A stretch of 64,000 bases of DNA, taken from contig OY759353.1 in NCBI GenBank assembly GCA_963662315.1, positions 832,001-896,000 on the forward strand. The letters are read 5' to 3'. The notes beneath the pieces were generated by a model. It saw only the letters and a program-made list of their open reading frames with translations, was not told the DNA's origin and ran no database searches. This document shows positions 30,009 to 39,067 of this stretch, piece by piece. Position 1 is the stretch's first letter; every line of letters starts with the position of its first letter. The translations under genes and the position numbers were made by a program. This DNA is from Geopsychrobacteraceae bacterium (GTDB taxonomy: Bacteria > Desulfobacterota > Desulfuromonadia > Desulfuromonadales > Geopsychrobacteraceae).

Positions 30009-30914
30009 CTAAAATATCACCATCACCAAAGGCAATGTCACCAGACTGGCAAGGATACTGAAGAGTACTGAAGCATTGACAAAGTGTGGTGCAATCTCAT
30101 TTTCTTTAGCAACGATTGTCGCCATGACTGCGGTCGGCATAGCCATCTGCATAATTCCGGAAACATACTGGTAATGTTCCAGATGAAACGGAATAGCGAT
30201 AACACAAGCAATAACTGGCGCCAGCAACAGACGCAGGGATGATGCCAACAGCACGTCTCGGGAGAACTCGATCTTCTTCTGCTCCAGCAGTTGTAAACCC
30301 AAAGTGAACAACATGGTCGGAATCATCGCGCCGGCCAATAAACCAACCATCCTGGAGATCATCAATGGCATGGTGAAACCAGCACCCGAGACCAGTAAAG
30401 CCGGGACTACGGCAATAAGTGCAGGGGTTTTAAAGACATTGAACAGCGCTCCTTTACCACCACCACGAATCCAGCCCGCAGCACTGATACCAATGAAGAG
30501 CTGGGTAATGGACATGATGACGTAATACATGGTCGCGGGTCCGAGGCCAGGATCGCCAAGATGAAACTGGATGACTGCAATACCGTAATTACCCACATTG
30601 GCAAAAACCGCAATCATAATATAGGCAACGATCATCTCTTTTGTTTTACCAAGCAAACGTCCAATCAAACCGGCAACGGCAGCGGCTGAAGAGTGTGCAA
30701 TAACAATAAAGAACAGCATTTTCAGACTATCATTCAAGGCAATATTGGAACTGCTGAGAGCTTGAAAAATATAGGCCGGAACAAACACATAATAGGCCGC
30801 ACGAGAAATAGTTTTCGCCTGCAATTCAAGGCGTCCACCAATTAGGTAGCCAATAATAACGATGCCGAAAACCGGCATCACAACATTAATAAATATTTCA
30901 AAAAAAACACTCAT
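30009..30914 (-). CDS. AEC family transporter
   Basis: Hydrophobic; FANVGNYG, AMIPTMLFTLG and MPTA; start moved to ATG 30914. Confidence 0.85.
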   Translation of the reverse strand: MSVFFEIFINVVMPVFGIVIIGYLIGGRLELQAKTISRAAYYVFVPAYIFQALSSSNIALNDSLKMLFFIVIAHSSAAAVAGLIGRLLGKTKEMIVAYIMIAVFANVGNYGIAVIQFHLGDPGLGPATMYYVIMSITQLFIGISAAGWIRGGGKGALFNVFKTPALIAVVPALLVSGAGFTMPLMISRMVGLLAGAMIPTMLFTLGLQLLEQKKIEFSRDVLLASSLRLLLAPVIACVIAIPFHLEHYQYVSGIMQMAMPTAVMATIVAKENEIAPHFVNASVLFSILASLVTLPLVMVIF

Positions 30915-30939
30915 CGCCGTTCCGTTTAAAAGGTTTGTA

Positions 30940-32046
30940 TTATTGCGCAGAGACTTCCTGAGCAATTGACCAAATATAATGCAGGAGATCCCTGGCGATT
31001 TTTGTTAGCGCTTGTTCGTGGAGATATCCATCATTCAGCAGACTTCGGTAACGCTGACACAAACGCAATTCAGCGTTTTTAGCCATTTCAGCAACAGGTT
31101 TTGGTAAACCGGTTAATAGCCGTGTCACCATGGATGTGGTTCCTGCCGGCTCACTGTAAGCCCAGGCCGCCTCGTAAAGGACACTCATTAATAATGAATT
31201 TCGACCGGATATCTGCTCAAAAGACCTTCTGTCAACTCCCTTAACAGGTTGATTTAGCCCAACGTAATTCTGCAATTTCCGGGGATTATCAAAACATCTC
31301 AGATCGCCTAATTCTGCGGAAAGAGTCACGGCAGTAAAAAAGTTAACACCCCGCAAGGCCTGATACGCGTTAACCATGGAACGCATGGACCAATTCATTA
31401 CCGCCTGGTTTATATGCTGCTCCAACCGCTTGAGTCTCTGGCCTGCTGTCGCAGCCATATCAAGGTATTCTTTAAACGTGATGGTCTGCTCTGGACTTTT
31501 AAATGTCAAGCCTTGAAGCCAATTGAGCTGATCATAGGACCAGGTCAATTCACCAGCACAGTGGATATCGTTACGCTTAAGGTATTCCCTCACCCGCCGC
31601 CGTGCCTGACGCCTTGTCAGGCGTGCTGTTTCGCAGCATTTGAGCAAGTCATGTATGGTTTCATCGATGGCGCCTGGAACGTAAACGGGGGTCAGCTCCC
31701 CGGCCCGCTGCAGTCTTGCCAACTCCAGAGCATCGCGCTCTGAATACCCCCCAGGGGGCCTCGTCTTTCTGGTTTTTGGAGGTGGAGCAACAACATCACA
31801 ATTCAATCCCTGCCCAGACACATAATGGAAATAGTCATAGCCGTATGCTCCAGCTTCATAGACAAAATAGGGATTTTTAAAGCGCTTTTTCAGTTCGTCA
31901 ACGACCCGGACAAAGGATGAGTTACTTGCAGAGATAGTTTTATAAAAGCGATCTTCTTCACCATGACCATTAGGGGCAAAGGCAATATCAATAGAGTTCC
32001 GCCAGATCTTCATTCCGACAAAAACAAGTTCAGAATTGGTCATCAC
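30940..32046 (-). CDS. IS110-family transposase-like protein with substituted catalytic residues
   Basis: YEAG..GY, DALELARLQRAGELTPVYVP, ALRGV, AELGDL..FDNPRKL, EAAWAY and IARDL..IW are IS110-like; GLDVHK->GMKIWR, KTDRRD->GYSERD, and the SSG loop is absent. Confidence 0.82.
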   Translation of the reverse strand: MMTNSELVFVGMKIWRNSIDIAFAPNGHGEEDRFYKTISASNSSFVRVVDELKKRFKNPYFVYEAGAYGYDYFHYVSGQGLNCDVVAPPPKTRKTRPPGGYSERDALELARLQRAGELTPVYVPGAIDETIHDLLKCCETARLTRRQARRRVREYLKRNDIHCAGELTWSYDQLNWLQGLTFKSPEQTITFKEYLDMAATAGQRLKRLEQHINQAVMNWSMRSMVNAYQALRGVNFFTAVTLSAELGDLRCFDNPRKLQNYVGLNQPVKGVDRRSFEQISGRNSLLMSVLYEAAWAYSEPAGTTSMVTRLLTGLPKPVAEMAKNAELRLCQRYRSLLNDGYLHEQALTKIARDLLHYIWSIAQEVSAQ

Positions 32047-32111
32047 CTACGCTCACCCTTGATATGGTCTACGTCACCATCGACACGGACATTTTCCAAA
32101 TATTTGATCCT

Positions 32112-32142
32112 AAAAAAGAGTGGAGCCATGAAGACTCCACTC
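32112..32142 (-). terminator. Rho-independent terminator after the orphan dctP
   Basis: Minus strand GAGTGGAGTC-TTCAT-GGCTCCACTC-TTTTTT. Confidence 0.8.
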
Positions 32143-32165
32143 ACTCTCTAACATTTCTTTGCTAT

Positions 32166-33182
32166 TTACTTGTTGCGAACACTGGCAATAGCTGCATTAA
32201 AGGCATCGACAATATCCTGCCCGACCTTAGGCGTGTTTTTCTCAATAACCGGCTTTGCAGCAGCACGGATACGATCCATTTCCGCCGGTGCAATGTCATT
32301 AACAGCCATCTTGTTTTTTACAAACTCAAGAGATTTTGACATCTGCGCCCGATTAGCCTGACGCTGGAAAATTTTTGCTTCCTGCTCAGCTTCAATAATG
32401 ATCTGTTTCTCGGCATCATTCAAGCCATCCCAGGTCTTTTTACTGATCAGGCTTGATTGCGGAGAATAGATATGTTTGGTGAATGAGAAATATTTCTGAA
32501 CCTCAAAAAGGCTTGCAAACTGAACATTGGTTACCGGGTTTTCCTGGCCGTCAACAACATGCTGCTCAAGAGCAGAATACACTTCAGGCCAAGGCAAAGG
32601 CACTGTGTTACAGCCCAGGGTATTGAAGGTATCAATAAAGACTGGAGACTGAAGAACACGCAGCTTGATGCCGTCAAAGTCTTCAAGCTTGGTGATCGGG
32701 CGGACATTGTTGGTCATATTCCGGAAGCCAAGCTCCCAATAGCCAAGGCCGACAAGTTTTTTGGCGGGCAATTTTTCAAACATCATCTTGCCAAAGGGAC
32801 CATCAACGACCTGATCGGCTTCGTGTTCGTCATTAAACATGAAGGGGAAATCGAAAACACCAAATTCTGGAGACAGGCCGACCAGCAATCCTGCGTTAAG
32901 TACGGTAAAATCTATGGTCCCGCCCTGTAACGCGGATACGGTCTGAAGATCACCGCCCAGCATACCGCTTGGGAATACCTTGACCTTCATTTTGCCGCCA
33001 CTTTTTTGCTCGACAAGATCTGCAAACTTGGAGGCACCTTGCCCCTGAGGATGCTCAATGGTGTTCTGGATAGCGAATTTAAAGGTGTGCTTATTGATAT
33101 CGGCGGCACTACCAACCGCAGGGGTCATAAGCAGAGTTGCAACGGCACAAACAATCAGCTTGGTGATTACGTTTTTCCTCAT
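32166..33182 (-). CDS. dctP: TRAP substrate-binding protein (DctP), orphan
   Basis: Signal peptide; HPQG, YWELGFRN, GIKLRV and VDGQENP. Confidence 0.92.
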   Translation of the reverse strand: MRKNVITKLIVCAVATLLMTPAVGSAADINKHTFKFAIQNTIEHPQGQGASKFADLVEQKSGGKMKVKVFPSGMLGGDLQTVSALQGGTIDFTVLNAGLLVGLSPEFGVFDFPFMFNDEHEADQVVDGPFGKMMFEKLPAKKLVGLGYWELGFRNMTNNVRPITKLEDFDGIKLRVLQSPVFIDTFNTLGCNTVPLPWPEVYSALEQHVVDGQENPVTNVQFASLFEVQKYFSFTKHIYSPQSSLISKKTWDGLNDAEKQIIIEAEQEAKIFQRQANRAQMSKSLEFVKNKMAVNDIAPAEMDRIRAAAKPVIEKNTPKVGQDIVDAFNAAIASVRNK

Positions 33183-33349
33183 TGATTTCTCCTACCTTGT
33201 TTTTAGAAATGACTTTGGTTACGAACAAACAAATACCCCCAGTATTTCGAATTAATCCTGTCTATATGTATAATCGTTTAAACAGCCTCCCTCCTTTTCT
33301 GGAAACAAAACAGGTACACCCAATAGCCAAAGTAGCAACCTCTGCAAAC

Positions 33350-34408
33350 TCAGCTACGTTCAAGTATTTCCAGCGGAGAGACCGTTTGTCCTGTTTCACT
33401 GGATTCAAGCACGGCCAGAGTTGTTGCCAGTGTCAGTAACGCATCGGCAGCATTGATGACCGGCTCTTCCTGCCCCCTAATGACCTGGCAGAAATGCTCC
33501 AACTGAGCGGTAAATGGTGAAAAATATGGCACCTGTTCAGAACGCACCTGTAACGGTTCCCACCAGCCTTTGCTGCTGCCATGGGCATAACTCCACAACT
33601 GCATAGATGGAAAGGCCAAAGACGCCTGTGATCCAAGATAGTGGTAGCAGTTCTGCTGGTTCTGGAAGAATTCGGGGTTTTCTCCGGAAGTCAGTTCATA
33701 GGACCAGGGTGCCGGTGTCGTATCCGAAACAACAGCACTCCCCAAAGCACCACATGCCATTTCGAAATTCATGGCGATGGTGTCCTCAACTTTCCCCTTA
33801 CGCACCAGACGCTTGGTCTTGGCGGTCAGCTCAGCGACACCGCCACAGATGTAGCGCAGGTTGTCGATTTCATGAATCATGTTACACATGACCGGACCAC
33901 CACCCGGCAGGGAGCGCCATTCAGGGATGAAATAGGCATCCCCTTTCATCAGTGCCCAGATAATCGAAATACCAATCAAGTTACCAAGTTCACCGCCCTG
34001 AATGATCTCCCGAGCTCGTTTCACCAAGGGGAAATGACGGCGATGATGCCCGACCAGTAAATGAATGCCGCTTTGCCGCACGGTTTCAACCAGGTCTTTT
34101 CCTTCTTTAAGGGTTGCGGTAACCGGTTTTTCAGTCAGAACATGAATGCCTCGTTTCGCGCACTCACTCCCAACTACAGCATGCATCGGGTTGGGAGTCG
34201 CATCGATAACTCCTTCGACCTCAGCTTGCGCCAACAGTTCTTTGTAATCGGTAAAAAAAGGAATGCCTAATTCATCCGCCAGAGACTTGCGCGACGGATC
34301 GACGTCACACAGAGCGACCAGTTTCCCACTGTTAATATGCTTGGAACCTTCGATGTGCTTGGATGAAATCCAGCCACCTCCGATAAGTCCCAATCTCACC
34401 TTTTCCAT
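33350..34408 (-). CDS. Gfo/Idh/MocA family oxidoreductase
   Basis: GLIGGG, ATPN, HVLTEKP, VGHHRR and IHEID. Confidence 0.9.
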   Translation of the reverse strand: MEKVRLGLIGGGWISSKHIEGSKHINSGKLVALCDVDPSRKSLADELGIPFFTDYKELLAQAEVEGVIDATPNPMHAVVGSECAKRGIHVLTEKPVTATLKEGKDLVETVRQSGIHLLVGHHRRHFPLVKRAREIIQGGELGNLIGISIIWALMKGDAYFIPEWRSLPGGGPVMCNMIHEIDNLRYICGGVAELTAKTKRLVRKGKVEDTIAMNFEMACGALGSAVVSDTTPAPWSYELTSGENPEFFQNQQNCYHYLGSQASLAFPSMQLWSYAHGSSKGWWEPLQVRSEQVPYFSPFTAQLEHFCQVIRGQEEPVINAADALLTLATTLAVLESSETGQTVSPLEILERS

Positions 34409-34443
34409 AATGTGACCTCTTGACCGCTGAATGATTGTTGCTG

Positions 34444-34893
34444 CTATTCACCTTTAAGGATATTGTTGGCGGCAATGATTCCGAGTTGGTATGTGGTCAC
34501 GCCAAAACCGCAAATTTGCCCAACGACAGCCGTAGCGAACACAGATTTATGACGAAATTCTTCGCGGGCATGCACATTAGACATGTGGGTCTCGATAATT
34601 GGCCCTTTGTCTTTGAAAATATTCAGAGCGTCCAAAATTCCGTAGCTGTAGTGGGTCCAGGCCCCGGCATTGATAACGATGGCGTCAATATCACCCATAA
34701 AGGCTTCGTGAATTTTAACGGCCATTTCCCCTTCGATATCACTCTGAAAGCATTCAAGCTCATGACCAAGTTCGTTGGCCCAGGCCGTTGCTTTTTCCTC
34801 GATTCCTTTCAAAGTAATGGTGCCGTAATGTTTAGGATCGCGCTTGCCAAACATTTGGTGATTGATGCCATGCATAAGTAAAATTTTGGCCAT
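34444..34893 (-). CDS. aroQ: Type II 3-dehydroquinate dehydratase
   Basis: GKRDPKHYG, INAGAWTHYS, ETHMSNVHAREEFRH and ICGFG. Confidence 0.92.
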   Translation of the reverse strand: MAKILLMHGINHQMFGKRDPKHYGTITLKGIEEKATAWANELGHELECFQSDIEGEMAVKIHEAFMGDIDAIVINAGAWTHYSYGILDALNIFKDKGPIIETHMSNVHAREEFRHKSVFATAVVGQICGFGVTTYQLGIIAANNILKGE

Positions 34894-34923
34894 AATGTCC
34901 TCCGTAAAAATGAAAATATATTG

Positions 34924-35262
34924 TCAGTCTTCTAAAAATTCTTGTCGCAGCGGGGTCCAGGTATCAACCAGCCGGACATGCGGGGTCAGCATCTTTGTAG
35001 TATGCGGTACCCCACCGGGTACCGCGATCGTGTCTCCGGCCACCAGACGGCAGGATTTATCTTCGATATAGAATTCAACCTCCCCGATAGCCAGGTAAAC
35101 AATCTGTTCATGGGGATGGGAATGATAAGGTTCAGGTTCTGTCCAGGGGCCATCCGTAAAATCCCAGACGGCCATCATCAGCTCTCCGCTATGAATAATG
35201 CGGCGGGTTTTGACTGCAGATTCGTGGACGATCTTGCCATCACATAGTCTGTTGGTATTCAA
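34924..35262 (-). CDS. Cupin domain protein (KdgF-like)
   Basis: HSHPHEQ, GD..VPGGVPH and DTWTPLR; TTG start behind AAGGAG. Confidence 0.8.
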   Translation of the reverse strand: MNTNRLCDGKIVHESAVKTRRIIHSGELMMAVWDFTDGPWTEPEPYHSHPHEQIVYLAIGEVEFYIEDKSCRLVAGDTIAVPGGVPHTTKMLTPHVRLVDTWTPLRQEFLED

Positions 35263-35274
35263 AACACTCTCCTT

Positions 35275-36204
35275 TTATTGCCTGCGCTGGAATTCAATCC
35301 CATTGATGAGGGCCATCAGGGTCTGATTGACCGGGGTCGGGACGCCGTGCTTCGCTCCTTCGCGGACGACTGCTCCATTGATAAAATCAACTTCGCACGG
35401 GGTCCCTCGCTCCACATCCTGCAGGATTGATGTTTTAAAGTCGGCAGGTAAACCTGCAACAGCCTGCAGCAAAACATCTCTCGGAGACTGAACCTCAAGC
35501 TTGATGCCGGCGGCAGCCGCAACCGCAAGGGCTTCAGAAACAGCAGCAATAGCACACTCCTGCACCGCAGCGATCTGCATCAGCGGGCCGTAGGTGAGTC
35601 GGGTGATGCCACAGACGGCTCCCGTAGCCACATTGACCAAAAGTTTCTGCCAGGTCAGGGCGCGTATATCTTGGATAACTTCGGTAGCCAGGCCAGCCTT
35701 TTTAAACATGCCACTGATTTTCAGTGCCCGTTCGGATATCGTACCGTCAAACTCGCCGATCAGGGTTTTCTTCCCCTTAACGCCAATTTTGACTTTACCG
35801 GGGGCTAGCAGGGTACCACCGACATAGGTTTTACCACCCAGAACCCGCCCTTTGCCCAAAACCTCTTCCAGAACCTCTTCATTGCCGAGACCATTTTGCA
35901 GTGACATAGCGAGCGTTTCGGGACCGATCAAGGCTCTGGCCCCTACAATCGCCGCCTTGGTAAAGTTTGATTTCACCAGGACGATAATCAGGTCAACCGG
36001 ACCAACCTGGGCTGCATCGGTATAGACCTTGACCGGAACACTCCGTTCCTGGTCGTCTTCCACAAAAGCCAAACCGTCTTTTGCCATGGCATCGATGTGA
36101 TCGGTCTTCAGGTTCACCAAGGCGACATCGTAACCGGCCTCCGTCAACAGTCCACCATAGGTGCTGCCAAGAGCACCACAACCGAGAATTGCTATCTTTT
36201 TCAT
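35275..36204 (-). CDS. Ketopantoate reductase family protein (second paralog)
   Basis: GCGALG, SLQNGLG, WQKLLVN, TSILQD and EVDFING. Confidence 0.88.
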   Translation of the reverse strand: MKKIAILGCGALGSTYGGLLTEAGYDVALVNLKTDHIDAMAKDGLAFVEDDQERSVPVKVYTDAAQVGPVDLIIVLVKSNFTKAAIVGARALIGPETLAMSLQNGLGNEEVLEEVLGKGRVLGGKTYVGGTLLAPGKVKIGVKGKKTLIGEFDGTISERALKISGMFKKAGLATEVIQDIRALTWQKLLVNVATGAVCGITRLTYGPLMQIAAVQECAIAAVSEALAVAAAAGIKLEVQSPRDVLLQAVAGLPADFKTSILQDVERGTPCEVDFINGAVVREGAKHGVPTPVNQTLMALINGIEFQRRQ

Positions 36205-36264
36205 TGCTTTAAATCGCTTTCCCAGCTACTTCGTGAGCCATCTTTGGCCCCTGAAAAAGCCGCG

Positions 36265-36678
36265 CTACTTTTTAATCACTTCAACAGTTCCGGCCTCTGC
36301 ATCAACCCGAACCCAATCACCGTCACTAATAACAACTGTCGGGTCCTGATCGAAGTCGGTCACACAAGGAATGCGGGCCACAACCGCTCCAAGTGCCGTT
36401 TGCGGGTTGCTGTTACACACAACATAGGCAGCAGGAGCACAACCAGTGAAGCGCAAGGCCTGATGCGCGATGGTCCAGGCTGAAGAACCCGATGCTGTGG
36501 TAAAGACCAGGACTTTTCCCGCGACGTTTTTGCCGAACCATTCATGGTTTAAATCGACAACATCGCCCGTCTTCAGATTGAAGGTTCCGAACCCGCCCAG
36601 TGGCGCTTTAGCAACCAGTGCCTCACCTTCAGCCTTCCCTCCATGAACTTTGCGTCCAGTCAATACGATCTCTTTCAT
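36265..36678 (-). CDS. Aconitase X swivel subunit (DUF126)
   Basis: GKAEGEALV, GKVLVF..ASGSS, IPCV and GDWVRVD; TAATG coupling to the catalytic subunit. Confidence 0.85.
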   Translation of the reverse strand: MKEIVLTGRKVHGGKAEGEALVAKAPLGGFGTFNLKTGDVVDLNHEWFGKNVAGKVLVFTTASGSSAWTIAHQALRFTGCAPAAYVVCNSNPQTALGAVVARIPCVTDFDQDPTVVISDGDWVRVDAEAGTVEVIKK

Positions 36679-37958
36679 TACAGTCCTCCTCGCCATTTGC
36701 CGGTCAAAGCCGCGTCAATACATTCCTCCAGGGTGCCGAACCAGGTATTTTTAAGTCCGGTTGCACCGGGAGCGTAATGAGCCATCTTGGCCGAGTTAGT
36801 AACAAAGACCGTCTCGGGATCAAGGGCCAGTTCCAGACAGCAGGAATCCTGCATGATCACGCCACCAGCTTTTTCGATAGATTTAGTATAGCCCTGGATA
36901 TCGGCCATCGCTTTGATCATGCTGTTGGTGGTCAGGTACAGCTTGGTATGGTTATTAATTTTTTTGCCATCAAGCATCTCGGCAATTTTGCGCAGATACT
37001 CAAGAGTGCAGTGCGGGCAGCCAAGGGCGACAATTTCGACATCGTCTTTCTTGGTACGGTTGAGTTTTTCGTAAGCTTCACGGCGTTCTGCTTCACCAAA
37101 ATTCAACTGATATTTAAGCTTTTTCCCGCCGCTCGCAACCTCAACAGTCGGGGCTTCAGGGGTAATGCCAAGCAGGTGATGCATGACGATGCTCCCTCCC
37201 GAAATGCCCGCAGCGCAGAGCGCCATCAACTTGGTCAGGTCGGGCCGGTCGTTGATATTTTGGTAAATCGGCAGATCAAGTCCGACCTTGCTGGCCACAT
37301 AATAACCAAGCAAGTACCACTCGCGCAGATTGGTCATATCGACCTGCACATCAACCAACACCGAGCCATAGCGGTTTTCATCAAGATGCAATCCCCAGTT
37401 GGGGATTTTTCCGGTGATCGCGGCAGCAAAGGTACTGTGCAACCCTTCAATATTGGTTCGTGAACCGATCACCGAATTGGTATAGGCAATGGCCGACGAC
37501 TCGGTCCAGGCGATATGTTCACCGCGCACCGGGATATTGCCTATCTGATAAGGGGTGCAGGTGGCCAGATGAATCATGCCCACCCTTTTACAATAATCGG
37601 CAAGCTGTTGCAGCAGATCACAATGATCACGGCTCCCTTTCTGAATGTCCGGATAATTCTGATCACGCCAGGTCGCATTCGTTGTGGTAAAGGCTTTAAC
37701 CTTATCAACGACAACCCGTTCGTCACTATCAAGCAAAAAACGTGACGCAATTTCATCAATATCCATTGATGGAACAAGTTGCCGGACAATCGACACATCC
37801 GGAATCGATCCGGGAATGATGGTGACATTGTTCGTATCGACAAAATCCTCAGCACCAAGCCCTTCGGCATATTTGACCAGCAACTCCATCGCTTTCTGAG
37901 TCGCTTTACCCTGCTTGCCTTCCAGCATCGCCAGTTCGTCAGCTTTTAATTTCAACAT
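36678..37958 (-). CDS. Aconitase X catalytic subunit (DUF521)
   Basis: TCTPY, AWTESSA..NSVIGSRTN, GITPEA, LGCPH, DSC and TNSAKMAHY. Confidence 0.9.
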   Translation of the reverse strand: MLKLKADELAMLEGKQGKATQKAMELLVKYAEGLGAEDFVDTNNVTIIPGSIPDVSIVRQLVPSMDIDEIASRFLLDSDERVVVDKVKAFTTTNATWRDQNYPDIQKGSRDHCDLLQQLADYCKRVGMIHLATCTPYQIGNIPVRGEHIAWTESSAIAYTNSVIGSRTNIEGLHSTFAAAITGKIPNWGLHLDENRYGSVLVDVQVDMTNLREWYLLGYYVASKVGLDLPIYQNINDRPDLTKLMALCAAGISGGSIVMHHLLGITPEAPTVEVASGGKKLKYQLNFGEAERREAYEKLNRTKKDDVEIVALGCPHCTLEYLRKIAEMLDGKKINNHTKLYLTTNSMIKAMADIQGYTKSIEKAGGVIMQDSCCLELALDPETVFVTNSAKMAHYAPGATGLKNTWFGTLEECIDAALTGKWRGGL

Positions 37959-37988
37959 CTGCGCTTCTCCTTGCCAGTAGAGACCAGC

Positions 37989-38005
37989 CCGATTACCGTA
38001 ATCGG
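37989..38005. promoter_or_regulatory. Palindrome upstream of acnX (candidate IclR operator or leader hairpin)
   Basis: CCGATTAC-C-GTAATCGG; a second, imperfect AT-rich inverted repeat lies at 38044-38077. Confidence 0.4.
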
Positions 38006-38183
38006 CGCTGTTAGATATCCTTTTACAAGAAACCTATTTTTATTCCAATATGATTATTTGCGTTAATTATATTAGGACGATTGCTTTTTCTCTGATTGTC
38101 GGTTAAGAGTGTCTTTACAGGAGTCAAGCAGCTGTTAGCGGCTACTCTATGAAGTTACTGAATAAAAAATGAGGGAAAGCTAG

Positions 38184-38969
38184 ATGGAACAAGAGGAAAG
38201 ACAGCAAACCAAGGCTCCGCAACTGGTCAACACCGTGGTCACCACAATGGCCATTCTCGAATGTTTTAACAGCCGGGAGACAGAGCTGACCCTGAATCAG
38301 ATCAGCCAGCGTACAGAAAATTTCAAAAGTCGCGTTCATCGTCTTTGTAAAACTCTGATCGCGCTTGGTTATCTCGCCAAAACAGCTCAGAATAACTATC
38401 GTCTCGGGCCTAAGGTCATGGTGCTTGGCAAAGTTTATGAAAAAACCAATTCCCTGAAAGCTATAGCCACTCCGGTCATGGCTGAGTTGTCTCAGCGGAC
38501 CCAACTATCATCGACATTATATGTGCTTGACGGACAGCGCAGCATCTGTCTGGCCCGTGAACTGGGGCCAAGCCGCTTTGCCTATGTCATCAATGAGGGG
38601 GATGTGGAGGAGTTGTATACAACGGCGGCCGGACGAGTTCTGCTGGCTTATTCGCCTGGTAACTTTGCTGAAAAAATCCTGGCCAAGGCTAAACCGGTAC
38701 GGTTTACCCCGACGACCATCACCGATCCGCAAAAAATCATGGATGAGCTTGAATTTGCCAGGACATACGGTTATGCCATCAATGACCAGGAGCGTGAACA
38801 GGGCATTTCCGCTATCAGTGCACCGGTTTTTGATCATGACAATCAGATCAGGGCCTCCCTGGCCATCGTTGGTCTGGCTCATCGTTTTGCCAACGACCAA
38901 CTGGAAACCTTGTGTCAAGAACTGACCAGAGCGACACAACAGATATCTTATCGGCTTGGGGAAGTATAG
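38184..38969 (+). CDS. IclR family transcriptional regulator
   Basis: N-terminal HTH, YRLGP, TAAGRVLLAY and GYAIND.E...GISAISAPVFD. Confidence 0.92.
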   Translation: MEQEERQQTKAPQLVNTVVTTMAILECFNSRETELTLNQISQRTENFKSRVHRLCKTLIALGYLAKTAQNNYRLGPKVMVLGKVYEKTNSLKAIATPVMAELSQRTQLSSTLYVLDGQRSICLARELGPSRFAYVINEGDVEELYTTAAGRVLLAYSPGNFAEKILAKAKPVRFTPTTITDPQKIMDELEFARTYGYAINDQEREQGISAISAPVFDHDNQIRASLAIVGLAHRFANDQLETLCQELTRATQQISYRLGEV

Positions 38970-38998
38970 ACGGTTTTGGATGAATAATCCGAAAGGTA

Positions 38999-39035
38999 CA
39001 ATCGCCCTCCGTCACGGGGTGCCAGAGGGCGATTG
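38999..39035. terminator. Hairpin between the convergent iclR and aroD genes
   Basis: CAATCGCCCTC / GAGGGCGATTG 11-bp stem. Confidence 0.65.
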
Positions 39036-39067
39036 CGGATATCAGGGGGGCAGCGTCAAAGTGGCAA

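Noticed and set aside
30940..32046. Active IS110 insertion sequence
   Set aside because: Catalytic residues are substituted and the flanks are too short for IS ends or a bridge RNA
36618..37463. Long antisense ORFs (also 590-1177, 47699-48403, 52712-53401, 62430-63200)
   Set aside because: Shadow frames opposite well-supported genes, with no motifs
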